From the NCBI GenBank assembly GCA_965221955.1, contig CBDCTA010000002.1:1-64000 (forward strand): a stretch of DNA of 64,000 nt, written 5' to 3'. Positions 41,799 through 50,388 of this stretch are shown in pieces (the stretch's first letter is position 1; every line of letters starts with the position of its first letter). The notes below the pieces were generated by a model that saw only the letters and a list, made by a program, of their open reading frames with translations, made no database searches and was not told the DNA's origin. The position numbers and the translations under genes were made by a program. Source of the DNA: Gammaproteobacteria bacterium (lineage in GTDB: Bacteria; Pseudomonadota; Gammaproteobacteria; UBA4575).

Positions 41799-42926
41799 AT
41801 GGCAGAAGAGAATTCACAACATGATAGAAATCAAGAGCCTACGCAGAAGAGGCTTGATGATGCGCGCAAGAAAGGACAAATCCCCAGATCCAGAGAGTTG
41901 AATACTATGTTGGTTACATTTTTAGGTGCAGTTGCTTTGATATTTACTACTGAAAATATTACACAAAACTTTCATAAAATATTTTTACATAATTTTCAGT
42001 TACCTATCTTGCACGTTATGGATAAAAACTATCTTATTCCACATTTTACTGAAAGTGGTATGACAGCGTTACTGTCGATCACTCCATTCTTAGTTGCAAT
42101 GTTTATGGTTGCTTTATTTGGCCCTATGTTTATTGGCGGCATGTCATTTTCGATGAAAGCTATGGCATTTAAGGCAAGTCGGATGAGCCCTCTATCTGGA
42201 CTTAAACGTATGTTTGGTTTAAGAGGGCTTGTTGAGTTAGTAAAAGCGTTGTTGAAAGTAGGCTTAATAGGTTCAATTGTATATCTATTATTAAAAACAT
42301 TTACAGATGAAATATTAAATTTAGGTTTTGAATCTGTACAAGAGAGTACTGCTCATGCATATCGGTTGATTTTACTGATTTTTACCGTTTCTTCGGCCGG
42401 TCTTATTATTGTTGCATTAATCGATGCACCTTATCAGTTTTGGCAACACAAAAAGCAATTGCGTATGACATTGCAAGAAGTGAAAGATGAATTCAAAGAG
42501 ACAGAAGGAAATCCAGAGAATAAAGGTCGTTTGCGTAATTTACAAAGAGAGCTCGCACAAAAGAGAATGATGGAAGCGGTTCCAGATGCAGATGTGATTA
42601 TAACTAACCCAACACACTTTGCAGTGGCGCTTAAATATGATGCGGATAAGTCAAGTGCACCGGTTGTTGTTGCAAAAGGTATCGATTTTATCGCAGAAAA
42701 GATTAAAGAAATTGCTTTGAGCAATGATGTAAGTGTGTTTTGTGCGCCAGCACTGGCAAGGGCTGTTTATTACAGTACAGATGTTGATAAAGAAATACCT
42801 TCTGGCTTGTATATTTCAGTAGCAAAAGTTCTTGCATATGTATTCCAAATTAAAAATGCAGTGCCTGGAAATTATCCTAACCCGCCGGATGAATTAGAAA
42901 TACCAAATGAATTCAGGACCAACTAA
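41799..42926 (+). CDS. flhB: Export switch FlhB
   Basis: 'NPTH' autocleavage motif, 'GQIPRSREL'. Confidence 0.96.
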   Translation: MAEENSQHDRNQEPTQKRLDDARKKGQIPRSRELNTMLVTFLGAVALIFTTENITQNFHKIFLHNFQLPILHVMDKNYLIPHFTESGMTALLSITPFLVAMFMVALFGPMFIGGMSFSMKAMAFKASRMSPLSGLKRMFGLRGLVELVKALLKVGLIGSIVYLLLKTFTDEILNLGFESVQESTAHAYRLILLIFTVSSAGLIIVALIDAPYQFWQHKKQLRMTLQEVKDEFKETEGNPENKGRLRNLQRELAQKRMMEAVPDADVIITNPTHFAVALKYDADKSSAPVVVAKGIDFIAEKIKEIALSNDVSVFCAPALARAVYYSTDVDKEIPSGLYISVAKVLAYVFQIKNAVPGNYPNPPDELEIPNEFRTN

Positions 42927-42942
42927 GTAAGGATACGATAAC

Positions 42943-45057
42943 GTGGATAGTGCTTTACATACTTTTAAAGAATTTACAAAAAATGGCTTAGGTACACCAT
43001 TATTGGTGGTCATGATGTTTAGCATGATGATAGTGCCATTGCCGCCCTTTGCTTTGGATTTGGTTTTTACATTTAACATTGCGCTTGCATTAATCATTAT
43101 CTTGGTAAGTATTTATACCTTAAGGCCGCTCGATTTTGCTGTTTTTCCTACGGTTTTGCTCGTAGCGACTATGCTGCGCTTAGCGCTTAATGTTGCTTCT
43201 ACACGCGTTGTACTGTTAAACGGACACACGGGTACAGATGCAGCAGGAAATGTAATTGAGTCATTTGGAAATTTTGTTGTTGGTGGAAATTATGCAGTAG
43301 GTTTTGTTGTGTTTGCGATTTTAGTCATTATCAACTTCGTTGTAGTGACTAAAGGTGCAGGTCGTGTTTCTGAAGTAAGTGCACGTTTTACTTTGGATGC
43401 CATGCCAGGCAAACAAATGGCAATTGATGCGGATTTAAATTCAGGACTCATTTCTCAAGAAGAAGCTTTAAAGAGAAGAGAAGACATTTCAAAAGAAGCA
43501 GATTTTTATGGCTCTATGGATGGTGCAAGCAAGTTTGTACGAGGTGATGCCATCGCAGGTATTTTAATTATCTTCATAAATATCATTGGTGGTTTAGCGG
43601 TAGGTATGGGGCAGCACGATTTAAGTTTCAGTGTCGCTACTCAAAACTATCTTCTTTTATCAATTGGGGATGGGCTAGTAGCGCAAATACCATCATTACT
43701 ATTATCTACTGCCACTGCAATTATTGTTACACGCGTATCTGCTTCGCAAAACATGGGTGATACCGTAGTCAGTCAAGTATTTAGTGATAAGCGTGTGTGG
43801 ATGGTAACGGCAGCAATTATTGGTGGTATGGGACTCATTCCTGGGATGCCAAATGTCGTGTTCTTAATTATTTCAGCGCTATGTTTAGTTTTTTCACGCA
43901 TGACGGTGAATAACACACAAGAAGAGGAAAATCCTGAAGCTGAACTAGATGAAGAAGCTGAACCTGCGCCTGATGATGTTGAACTAAATTGGGGAGACAT
44001 GCAGAGCGTAGATGTGATTCGCTTAGAAGTGGGTTATCGGCTTATTTCATTAGTCGATAAAGAACAACAAGGTGAACTGATTGGACGTATTAAAGGTGTT
44101 CGCAAAAAAGTTTCACAAGATCTTGGCTTCCTGCTTCAGCCTGTACATATTCGCGACAATTTAGATTTGCCGGCAAATAATTACCGCATTGTGATTCAAG
44201 GTGTAATTGAAGGTGAGGGTGAAGTTTATCCTGAGCGTGAATTAGCGATTAATCCTGGAAATGTAAGCGGTAAAGTGGATGGTATTGCTACTAAAGATCC
44301 TGCATTTGAAATGGAAGCGATTTGGATTGAACCCAGTCATCGCGATCAAGCTCAGACATTAGGTTATACCGTAGTGGACCCTAGTACTGTGGTAGCAACA
44401 CACCTCAGTAAAATACTGCGTGAAAGTGCGCATTACTTCCTAGGCTATGATGAAACTAAACAGCTTCTAGACAAACTAGCCGAACGTTCACCTCAATTAG
44501 TTGAAGATTTAGTTCCTAAAACTTTACCAATGAGCGCAATCGTTAAGGTAATGCAAAACCTATTACAAGAAGGTGTACCAATTAGGGATATTCGAACAAT
44601 CGTTGAAACTTTGGCGGAAGCGGCAAACACTAGCCAAAATACTGACGTTTTAACAGCTATTGTTCGTGTTGCCTTGCGAAGGGCAATTGTCCAGGAAATC
44701 AACGGGATGCGTAAAGATTTATCCGTATTTACGCTTTCACCAAAGTTGGAACAGTTATTGCAAAAGACTATACATGATGGACCAGAAAGTTATTTTGCTT
44801 TAGAGCCAACGTTAGCAGAAAAGATGCAAGATTCAGTACGAGAAATAGCGCAACAGCAGGAGGCAGTAGGTTTGCCACCAGTGCTTTTAGTTACAAGTAG
44901 TTTGCGTGTAATGCTATCAAAATTATTTAGAACCAGTGTTAAAAATCTACATATTTTATCTTTTGATGAAATACCAGAGAGTAAGAGAATTAATATTACC
45001 GCTAGTGTAGGCGATCAACATGAAGATGCTCAACAACTACCAGTAACTGCAGCTTAA
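42943..45057 (+). CDS. flhA: Export protein FlhA
   Basis: 'RFTLDAMPGKQMAIDADL', 'FYGSMDGASKFVRGD'. Confidence 0.97.
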   Translation: MDSALHTFKEFTKNGLGTPLLVVMMFSMMIVPLPPFALDLVFTFNIALALIIILVSIYTLRPLDFAVFPTVLLVATMLRLALNVASTRVVLLNGHTGTDAAGNVIESFGNFVVGGNYAVGFVVFAILVIINFVVVTKGAGRVSEVSARFTLDAMPGKQMAIDADLNSGLISQEEALKRREDISKEADFYGSMDGASKFVRGDAIAGILIIFINIIGGLAVGMGQHDLSFSVATQNYLLLSIGDGLVAQIPSLLLSTATAIIVTRVSASQNMGDTVVSQVFSDKRVWMVTAAIIGGMGLIPGMPNVVFLIISALCLVFSRMTVNNTQEEENPEAELDEEAEPAPDDVELNWGDMQSVDVIRLEVGYRLISLVDKEQQGELIGRIKGVRKKVSQDLGFLLQPVHIRDNLDLPANNYRIVIQGVIEGEGEVYPERELAINPGNVSGKVDGIATKDPAFEMEAIWIEPSHRDQAQTLGYTVVDPSTVVATHLSKILRESAHYFLGYDETKQLLDKLAERSPQLVEDLVPKTLPMSAIVKVMQNLLQEGVPIRDIRTIVETLAEAANTSQNTDVLTAIVRVALRRAIVQEINGMRKDLSVFTLSPKLEQLLQKTIHDGPESYFALEPTLAEKMQDSVREIAQQQEAVGLPPVLLVTSSLRVMLSKLFRTSVKNLHILSFDEIPESKRINITASVGDQHEDAQQLPVTAA

Positions 45058-45101
45058 CCATCTTATGTAAGGAATAGTGAATTAATGAAGGATATAACAA
45101 T

Positions 45102-46292
45102 ATGAATATGAAAAGATTTCACGAAAAAAACATGCATACAGCACTACAAAAGATTCGTGAAGAGCTGGGTGACAACGCAGTAATTATTTCTTCTAACCAA
45201 AACTCGAATGGAGTTGAAGTCGTAGCAGCAACGGATTATGAAGCCGTAGCGAATAGTGATGTGGTTCCAAATATAGAAGCATTCGAAGAAGTACCAATGA
45301 ATGATGCTGAATACAGCCAGCAAAAGAATAAACAAAATATTGAATTACAACCCGTCATACAACAAATTGACACCTCTGCTATAGAGGAAGAAATTACTCA
45401 ATTGCGCACAATTATTGAGTCGCAAACAGAGTTAATAAGTTGGAGAAAGCTTAGAGACCAAAATCCAAACACTAGAAAGTTATTGCAAAAATTATCAATA
45501 AGTGGATTTGGCTTTAATCTAAGTAAAAAATTACTCGGTAATGTAAAAGATGTTAACGATTTTGATTGTGCGTGGAGTGAGATAGAGAATGGCTTAAAAG
45601 AAAATATTTCAATTACACAAGAAAGCGTTATTGAAGAAGGCGGAATCGTTGCGCTTGTAGGACCTACTGGAGTTGGAAAAACTACTACGATTGCAAAAAT
45701 TGCAGCTCAATATGCAATTTCACATGGTAACAATAATATTGCAATAATTAGCACGGATCATTTTAGGATCGGAGCGCATGACCAAATTAGTATCTATGGA
45801 AGCATTCTAAATGTTCCGGTTATTACTGCTAATAATGAATCTGAATTGCATAAAGCACTTAAGATTGTTAAGAACAAGAGACTCGTATTAATTGATACCG
45901 CGGGTTTAAGTCAGCGAGATGCACGGGTTCATGAAATCACTAGTACACTAAGTAAATTATCAAAGGAATTAATAAGCTATTTAGTGGTTTCGGCAAATTC
46001 TCAACTATGTGTTCAAAAAGAAGTAATTAACAAATTTGGTTCAGACAACCTCAGTGGAGTGGTAATTAGTAAAACCGATGAAGCTTCGCAAATTGGTGGA
46101 ATTTTAACTGCTCTCATTGAGCAAAAATTACCTCTTGCCTATGAAACTACTGGTCAAAGGGTCCCTGAAGATATAAATCGCCCAAATCAAGAACAAATAT
46201 TAACTAAGGCGTTCGTCTTTGGTGAGAGGTTTGGAAGTATGGAGTCACTTCACTCAACAGAATTATATAGTGAGCTTGTAAAAAATGTTTGA
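45102..46292 (+). CDS. flhF: SRP-family GTPase FlhF
   Basis: 'GPTGVGKTTTIAK', 'DTAG', 'GQRVPEDI'. Confidence 0.95.
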   Translation: MNMKRFHEKNMHTALQKIREELGDNAVIISSNQNSNGVEVVAATDYEAVANSDVVPNIEAFEEVPMNDAEYSQQKNKQNIELQPVIQQIDTSAIEEEITQLRTIIESQTELISWRKLRDQNPNTRKLLQKLSISGFGFNLSKKLLGNVKDVNDFDCAWSEIENGLKENISITQESVIEEGGIVALVGPTGVGKTTTIAKIAAQYAISHGNNNIAIISTDHFRIGAHDQISIYGSILNVPVITANNESELHKALKIVKNKRLVLIDTAGLSQRDARVHEITSTLSKLSKELISYLVVSANSQLCVQKEVINKFGSDNLSGVVISKTDEASQIGGILTALIEQKLPLAYETTGQRVPEDINRPNQEQILTKAFVFGERFGSMESLHSTELYSELVKNV

Positions 46293-47169
46293 ACAAAATA
46301 ATTGTAGTGTAATCCCTATTGATCAAGCTTCTTCTTTAAGAAGAATGAATACTGCTGATGGCATTAATGTATTAGCAGTTACAGGTGGAAAAGGTGGCGT
46401 GGGAAAAACCAGTATTGCCATTAACTTAGCGATTGCATTAGCAGATCAACAAAGAAAAGTGATGCTATTAGATGCAGATTTTGGGTTATCAAATATTGAT
46501 GTAATGCTAGGTTTGCGTGCAAGTAAAAATTTACACCACGTACTGCATAACGAATGTAATGTTGAGGACATCATACTGTCAGGGCCACACGGTATACAGA
46601 TTATACCTTCTGCTTCTGGTGTTAAAGAAATGGCCAATCTAAGTGTTCAGCAGCATATGGGCATTATTGATTCAATTTCAGAATACAATCCCTCGCTCGA
46701 TTATTTCATCATTGATACAGCTGCAGGTATTAGCAATAGCGTATCACTATTCACTCATTTGGCAAACAATATATTAATTGTTGTATGTGATGAGCCTGCT
46801 TCCTTGGCAGATGCATATGCGCTGATCAAGGTATTAAGTAGAAATAATACTAAACAAAAATTTCGCATTCTGAGCAACATGGTTGAATCAAGTGCGCATG
46901 GTGAACGTTTATTTTCACAATTAGAAAAAGTGTCTAACCGCTTTTTAGGTACGTCTCTAGATTATTGTGGTTATATTCCAAATGATAAATACGTTAGGAA
47001 AGCAACTAAAAAACAATGTTCGGTTATTGATGCCTATCCAACCAGTCGTTCTTCATTGGGGTTTGCACGGCTAGCAAGAAAAATTAGTAGTTGGCCGGCT
47101 GATACAGATGTGAGTGGAGCCATTGAGTTGTTTTTATCGCAGCAGTTAACAAACCAAAAAACGAATTAA
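46285..47169 (+). CDS. fleN: MinD-like ATPase FleN/FlhG
   Basis: 'GGKGGVGKTS', 'DADFGLSN', 'DAYALIKVL'. Confidence 0.93.
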   Translation: MFEQNNCSVIPIDQASSLRRMNTADGINVLAVTGGKGGVGKTSIAINLAIALADQQRKVMLLDADFGLSNIDVMLGLRASKNLHHVLHNECNVEDIILSGPHGIQIIPSASGVKEMANLSVQQHMGIIDSISEYNPSLDYFIIDTAAGISNSVSLFTHLANNILIVVCDEPASLADAYALIKVLSRNNTKQKFRILSNMVESSAHGERLFSQLEKVSNRFLGTSLDYCGYIPNDKYVRKATKKQCSVIDAYPTSRSSLGFARLARKISSWPADTDVSGAIELFLSQQLTNQKTN

Positions 47170-47180
47170 AAATAAAAAAT

Positions 47181-47915
47181 ATGAGTGAATCAGCAGCAGC
47201 AAGTTACACTGAAGTACAAAACCTAAATATTGAGAGTGTTGTAACGCAACACGCATCTTTGGTAAAAAGAATTGCATACCATTTGAAGGGTAGATTGCCT
47301 GATACAGTTTTAGTTGATGATTTAATACAGTCAGGAATGGTTGGTTTACTCGAGGCTGCAAAGAATTTTAATCCTACTCAGGGTGCGAGTTTTGAAACTT
47401 ATGCAGGCATACGTATTCGTGGCGCGATGTTAGATGAAATTAGGCGTGGAGATTGGACGCCACGATCTGTGCATCGTAAATCTAGAGATATGATGGAAGC
47501 GATTAGAAAAGTAGAAAATCGAACCTTATCAAGTGCTACAGATACAGAAATTGCTCAAGAGATGGGGATAGATTTAAACGAATATAACAAAATTTTACGC
47601 GATTCATCTGTCGCACAAGTATTCAGTATCGATGATAGCGAGGAATCCTCAGATTACAAAATTGAAATGGGTTCTGATTCTGACCCAGATAAAGAATATG
47701 TTGATGAAGCATTTCATTCGGAACTAACATCTGCAATTAATCAACTACCAGAGCGTGAACGTTTAGTGATGTCTTTATACTATGAAGAAGAAATGAACTT
47801 GCGTGAAATTGGTAGTCTCTTAGAAGTGAGTGAGTCACGAGTTTGTCAGATACATGGTAAAGCACTCGTCATGCTTCGAGCTAAATTGAGCGAATGGTTA
47901 GAAAATAAAAATTAA
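47181..47915 (+). CDS. fliA: RNA polymerase sigma28 FliA
   Basis: 'FETYAGIRIRGAMLDEIR', 'SESRVCQIH'. Confidence 0.96.
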   Translation: MSESAAASYTEVQNLNIESVVTQHASLVKRIAYHLKGRLPDTVLVDDLIQSGMVGLLEAAKNFNPTQGASFETYAGIRIRGAMLDEIRRGDWTPRSVHRKSRDMMEAIRKVENRTLSSATDTEIAQEMGIDLNEYNKILRDSSVAQVFSIDDSEESSDYKIEMGSDSDPDKEYVDEAFHSELTSAINQLPERERLVMSLYYEEEMNLREIGSLLEVSESRVCQIHGKALVMLRAKLSEWLENKN

Positions 47916-47986
47916 TATCAAAAAAGGACTAATTTAATTTACATAAAGGATTGATAGGAAAACATAAATGATTTAAGAGTTTTTAA

Positions 47987-48160
47987 ATGGTTGATAGCAA
48001 CAAAATTGGTTCATTAACTAGAACTTGGCCAACTCAGCCAATCAAAAAAGATCGTCCAGATCAAAATAAAAAACATAGAAACAAGCAAGACGATCAGGTA
48101 AAACAAAAAAGTGATGAGCCTAAAGATCCTGGCGATACAATCATTGATGAATACGTATGA
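47987..48160 (+). CDS. 57-aa hydrophilic small protein ending IDEYV (below ORF-track cutoff)
   Basis: Manual translation MVDSNKIGSLTRTWPTQPIKKDRPDQNKKHRNKQDDQVKQKSDEPKDPGDTIIDEYV; its stop overlaps the next ATG (ATGA). Confidence 0.65.
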   Translation: MVDSNKIGSLTRTWPTQPIKKDRPDQNKKHRNKQDDQVKQKSDEPKDPGDTIIDEYV

Positions 48161-48639
48161 TCAAAAAAGAGGTAATTATGGAAGTTTATAGTGTAACTTT
48201 AGAATATTTTATAAACCTATTTAGCAGTATCTCTATGCATGTTATCTCTAACTATGAAATTTCAATTTTATTATTATCTATGTTGGTAATATTAATTTCA
48301 GCATTCGTATTCAACCGAAAAATAATAAAATTAGAAAAAACACAGTTCAATGATATAGATGATATTACTAGTTATAGTCGTTTGATCGATGACGAGTTGG
48401 GTATTCTAAGAAAACAACAAGATGAACTTAACCAAGTCATCAATAGTTCTGAGGTGAAAATAACATCAAATGCAGGCTCAGCTAAAGAAGGAAAGCTATT
48501 TACTAACACACCTTATTCACAAGCTGTGCAACTAGCTCGACGTGGATATGCAAGAGAAGACATTATTTCTCTATGTTCACTTACAGACTCTGAAGCAGAA
48601 CTGATTCTTGCTCTACATTCAAATACAGAAGCTGCGTAA
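48157..48639 (+). CDS. DUF2802-like membrane protein
   Basis: TM + C-terminal 'YSQAVQLARRG...CSLTDSEAELILALH'. Confidence 0.8.
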   Translation: MIKKEVIMEVYSVTLEYFINLFSSISMHVISNYEISILLLSMLVILISAFVFNRKIIKLEKTQFNDIDDITSYSRLIDDELGILRKQQDELNQVINSSEVKITSNAGSAKEGKLFTNTPYSQAVQLARRGYAREDIISLCSLTDSEAELILALHSNTEAA

Positions 48640-48691
48640 CACTTTATTTAAATTATATTTAGTAATATTTAAATAGTTACAAATAATTAAC

Positions 48692-48718
48692 TCAAGAAAT
48701 CTATAATCTAGTCGATAT
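48692..48718 (+). promoter_or_regulatory. sigma28-like promoter
   Basis: TCAA-N15-GTCGATAT. Confidence 0.55.
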
Positions 48719-48744
48719 ATCCTTTCATATAGGGATATATCGAT

Positions 48745-48933
48745 ATGTATTACAAGTGTACATGGTGTAAGAAACGAATAGTTTCACCACCAGTTTATTA
48801 CACACAAGGGTTTCCAACTTTACAGCCTGGCTTTGAAGTGTATTGCAATGCTGCTTGCTCCTTATTTGCATATGGGTCTGTATCAAAGTCCCATATTCCA
48901 ATAGAACAAAATTCTAGCCCCAAAAAAGCCTGA
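48745..48933 (+). CDS. Small Cys-rich putative metal-binding protein
   Basis: CTWC...YCNAAC pattern (TRASH/MYM-like), RBS AGGGA. Confidence 0.6.
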   Translation: MYYKCTWCKKRIVSPPVYYTQGFPTLQPGFEVYCNAACSLFAYGSVSKSHIPIEQNSSPKKA

Positions 48934-48975
48934 TATGCGAGTAAAAATATATTTATTTCAATAAGTTACTTTGTT

Positions 48976-49002
48976 TAAAGTAGTTCTTTCTAAGGCCGAT
49001 AA
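48976..49002 (+). promoter_or_regulatory. sigma28 promoter (perfect consensus)
   Basis: TAAA-N15-GCCGATAA. Confidence 0.75.
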
Positions 49003-49112
49003 ATTAAATAAGAGTTATTGGCTATGGGTAGCAGATTTTCTACCTTTTTCAATAGCTGACTAAATTCGCTGATTCTTATATTTGCTGCATAGGATGCTAA
49101 ATAAAATCATAC

Positions 49113-50159
49113 GTGAGTATTTATGCAATGGAGTATGCATTGAAGAAGATTTTGTCTAGACAGCGCACTTTTGAAATCTTAGAAATAGCTTCATCAGGAG
49201 ACAAAACAAGCCGCTTAGTAGATATTGTTTTGATAGCGCTCATATTACTTAGTGTATTAGCAATTATTCTAGAGTCTGTCCAGGTTATTAATGCTTCATA
49301 TCATGAGTACTTTTTTTGGTTTGAAGTCTTTTCGGTATCAATTTTTACACTTGAATATGTGTTAAGAATTTGGTCATGTATAGATAATCCTTGTAATGAA
49401 AATAATAAAGTAAGTAATTTTAAATTAAGACTTCGTTATAGTGCATCATTTTCTGCTGTCATTGATTTGCTTGCAATATTGCCTTTCTATTTCATGATGC
49501 TTGGTTTGTTTGGTAATGTAGATATGAGGTTCCTGCGCGCTTTCCGTTTACTCAGGATATTTAAGCTGACTAGATATTCTTCTTCTTTTGATATTTTAAC
49601 GACTGTCTTTAAAGAAAATTTGCATGCTTTTGGCGCAGCATTTTTTGTTTTACTAGTTGTAATGTTGTTAGCTGCATCAGGTATGTACTATTTTGAGCAT
49701 GATTCGCAACCTAAAGAGTTTTCTAGCATCATTGCCTCAATGTGGTGGGCGTTTACTACTTTAACAACAGTAGGCTATGGTGATGTCACGCCAATAACAG
49801 CTGGTGGCAAAGCGTTTGGTGCACTTATAACAGTAGTTGGAGTAGGTATGGTTGCGCTTCCTACAGGTATATTGGCTTCAGCCTTTTCTGAGCAATTACG
49901 TTTACGTGCTAATAAATATGAAAATTTGGCGGATAGAGCTTATGAGGATGGTATTTTAACCGCAGACGAAAAAGAAGAACTAGAATCTTTACGCGAAGAG
50001 TTAGGAATTGCAAAAGGTGTAGCAGAACAAATTTTAGCAAATGAAGAAGAAAAGCTTGTGGCACAGAAGATATGTGCAGTTGAAAAGTGTCCGCATTGTG
50101 GAAATAAATTAGCTGATACAGATAAAACAAGCCCAATTACCTTAGTCAAGGCTGTTTAA
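49113..50159 (+). CDS. 6-TM voltage-gated potassium channel (ion transport protein)
   Basis: S4 'RFLRAFRLLRIFKLTRY', selectivity filter 'TTVGYGD', C-terminal 'CPHCG'. Confidence 0.93.
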   Translation: MSIYAMEYALKKILSRQRTFEILEIASSGDKTSRLVDIVLIALILLSVLAIILESVQVINASYHEYFFWFEVFSVSIFTLEYVLRIWSCIDNPCNENNKVSNFKLRLRYSASFSAVIDLLAILPFYFMMLGLFGNVDMRFLRAFRLLRIFKLTRYSSSFDILTTVFKENLHAFGAAFFVLLVVMLLAASGMYYFEHDSQPKEFSSIIASMWWAFTTLTTVGYGDVTPITAGGKAFGALITVVGVGMVALPTGILASAFSEQLRLRANKYENLADRAYEDGILTADEKEELESLREELGIAKGVAEQILANEEEKLVAQKICAVEKCPHCGNKLADTDKTSPITLVKAV

Positions 50160-50297
50160 GTGGTTTAAATAGGCAAGCCATAACTGATGTAGAGAACGAC
50201 GAAGTGCTAGAAATTATCTAGGAAATTGGTGTTGAATTATGCCGAAGACTATTGGGTAAGAGATACCAAAAGAATGCTATAAATAGCCATTTTTGAT

Positions 50298-50324
50298 TCA
50301 AGTAATCCCCAGTTTGACCGTTAA
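50298..50324 (+). promoter_or_regulatory. sigma28-like promoter
   Basis: TCAA-N15-ACCGTTAA. Confidence 0.45.
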
Positions 50325-50388
50325 CTTAATGAAGTAAACCAAACCTATTCATAGTCTAGGAATAAAGTCGCAAGAAATAAGGATAGAC

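Noticed and set aside
50222-50248. GAAA-N15-GCCGAAGA sigma28-like site
   Set aside because: Mismatches in both boxes; the site at 50298 fits better
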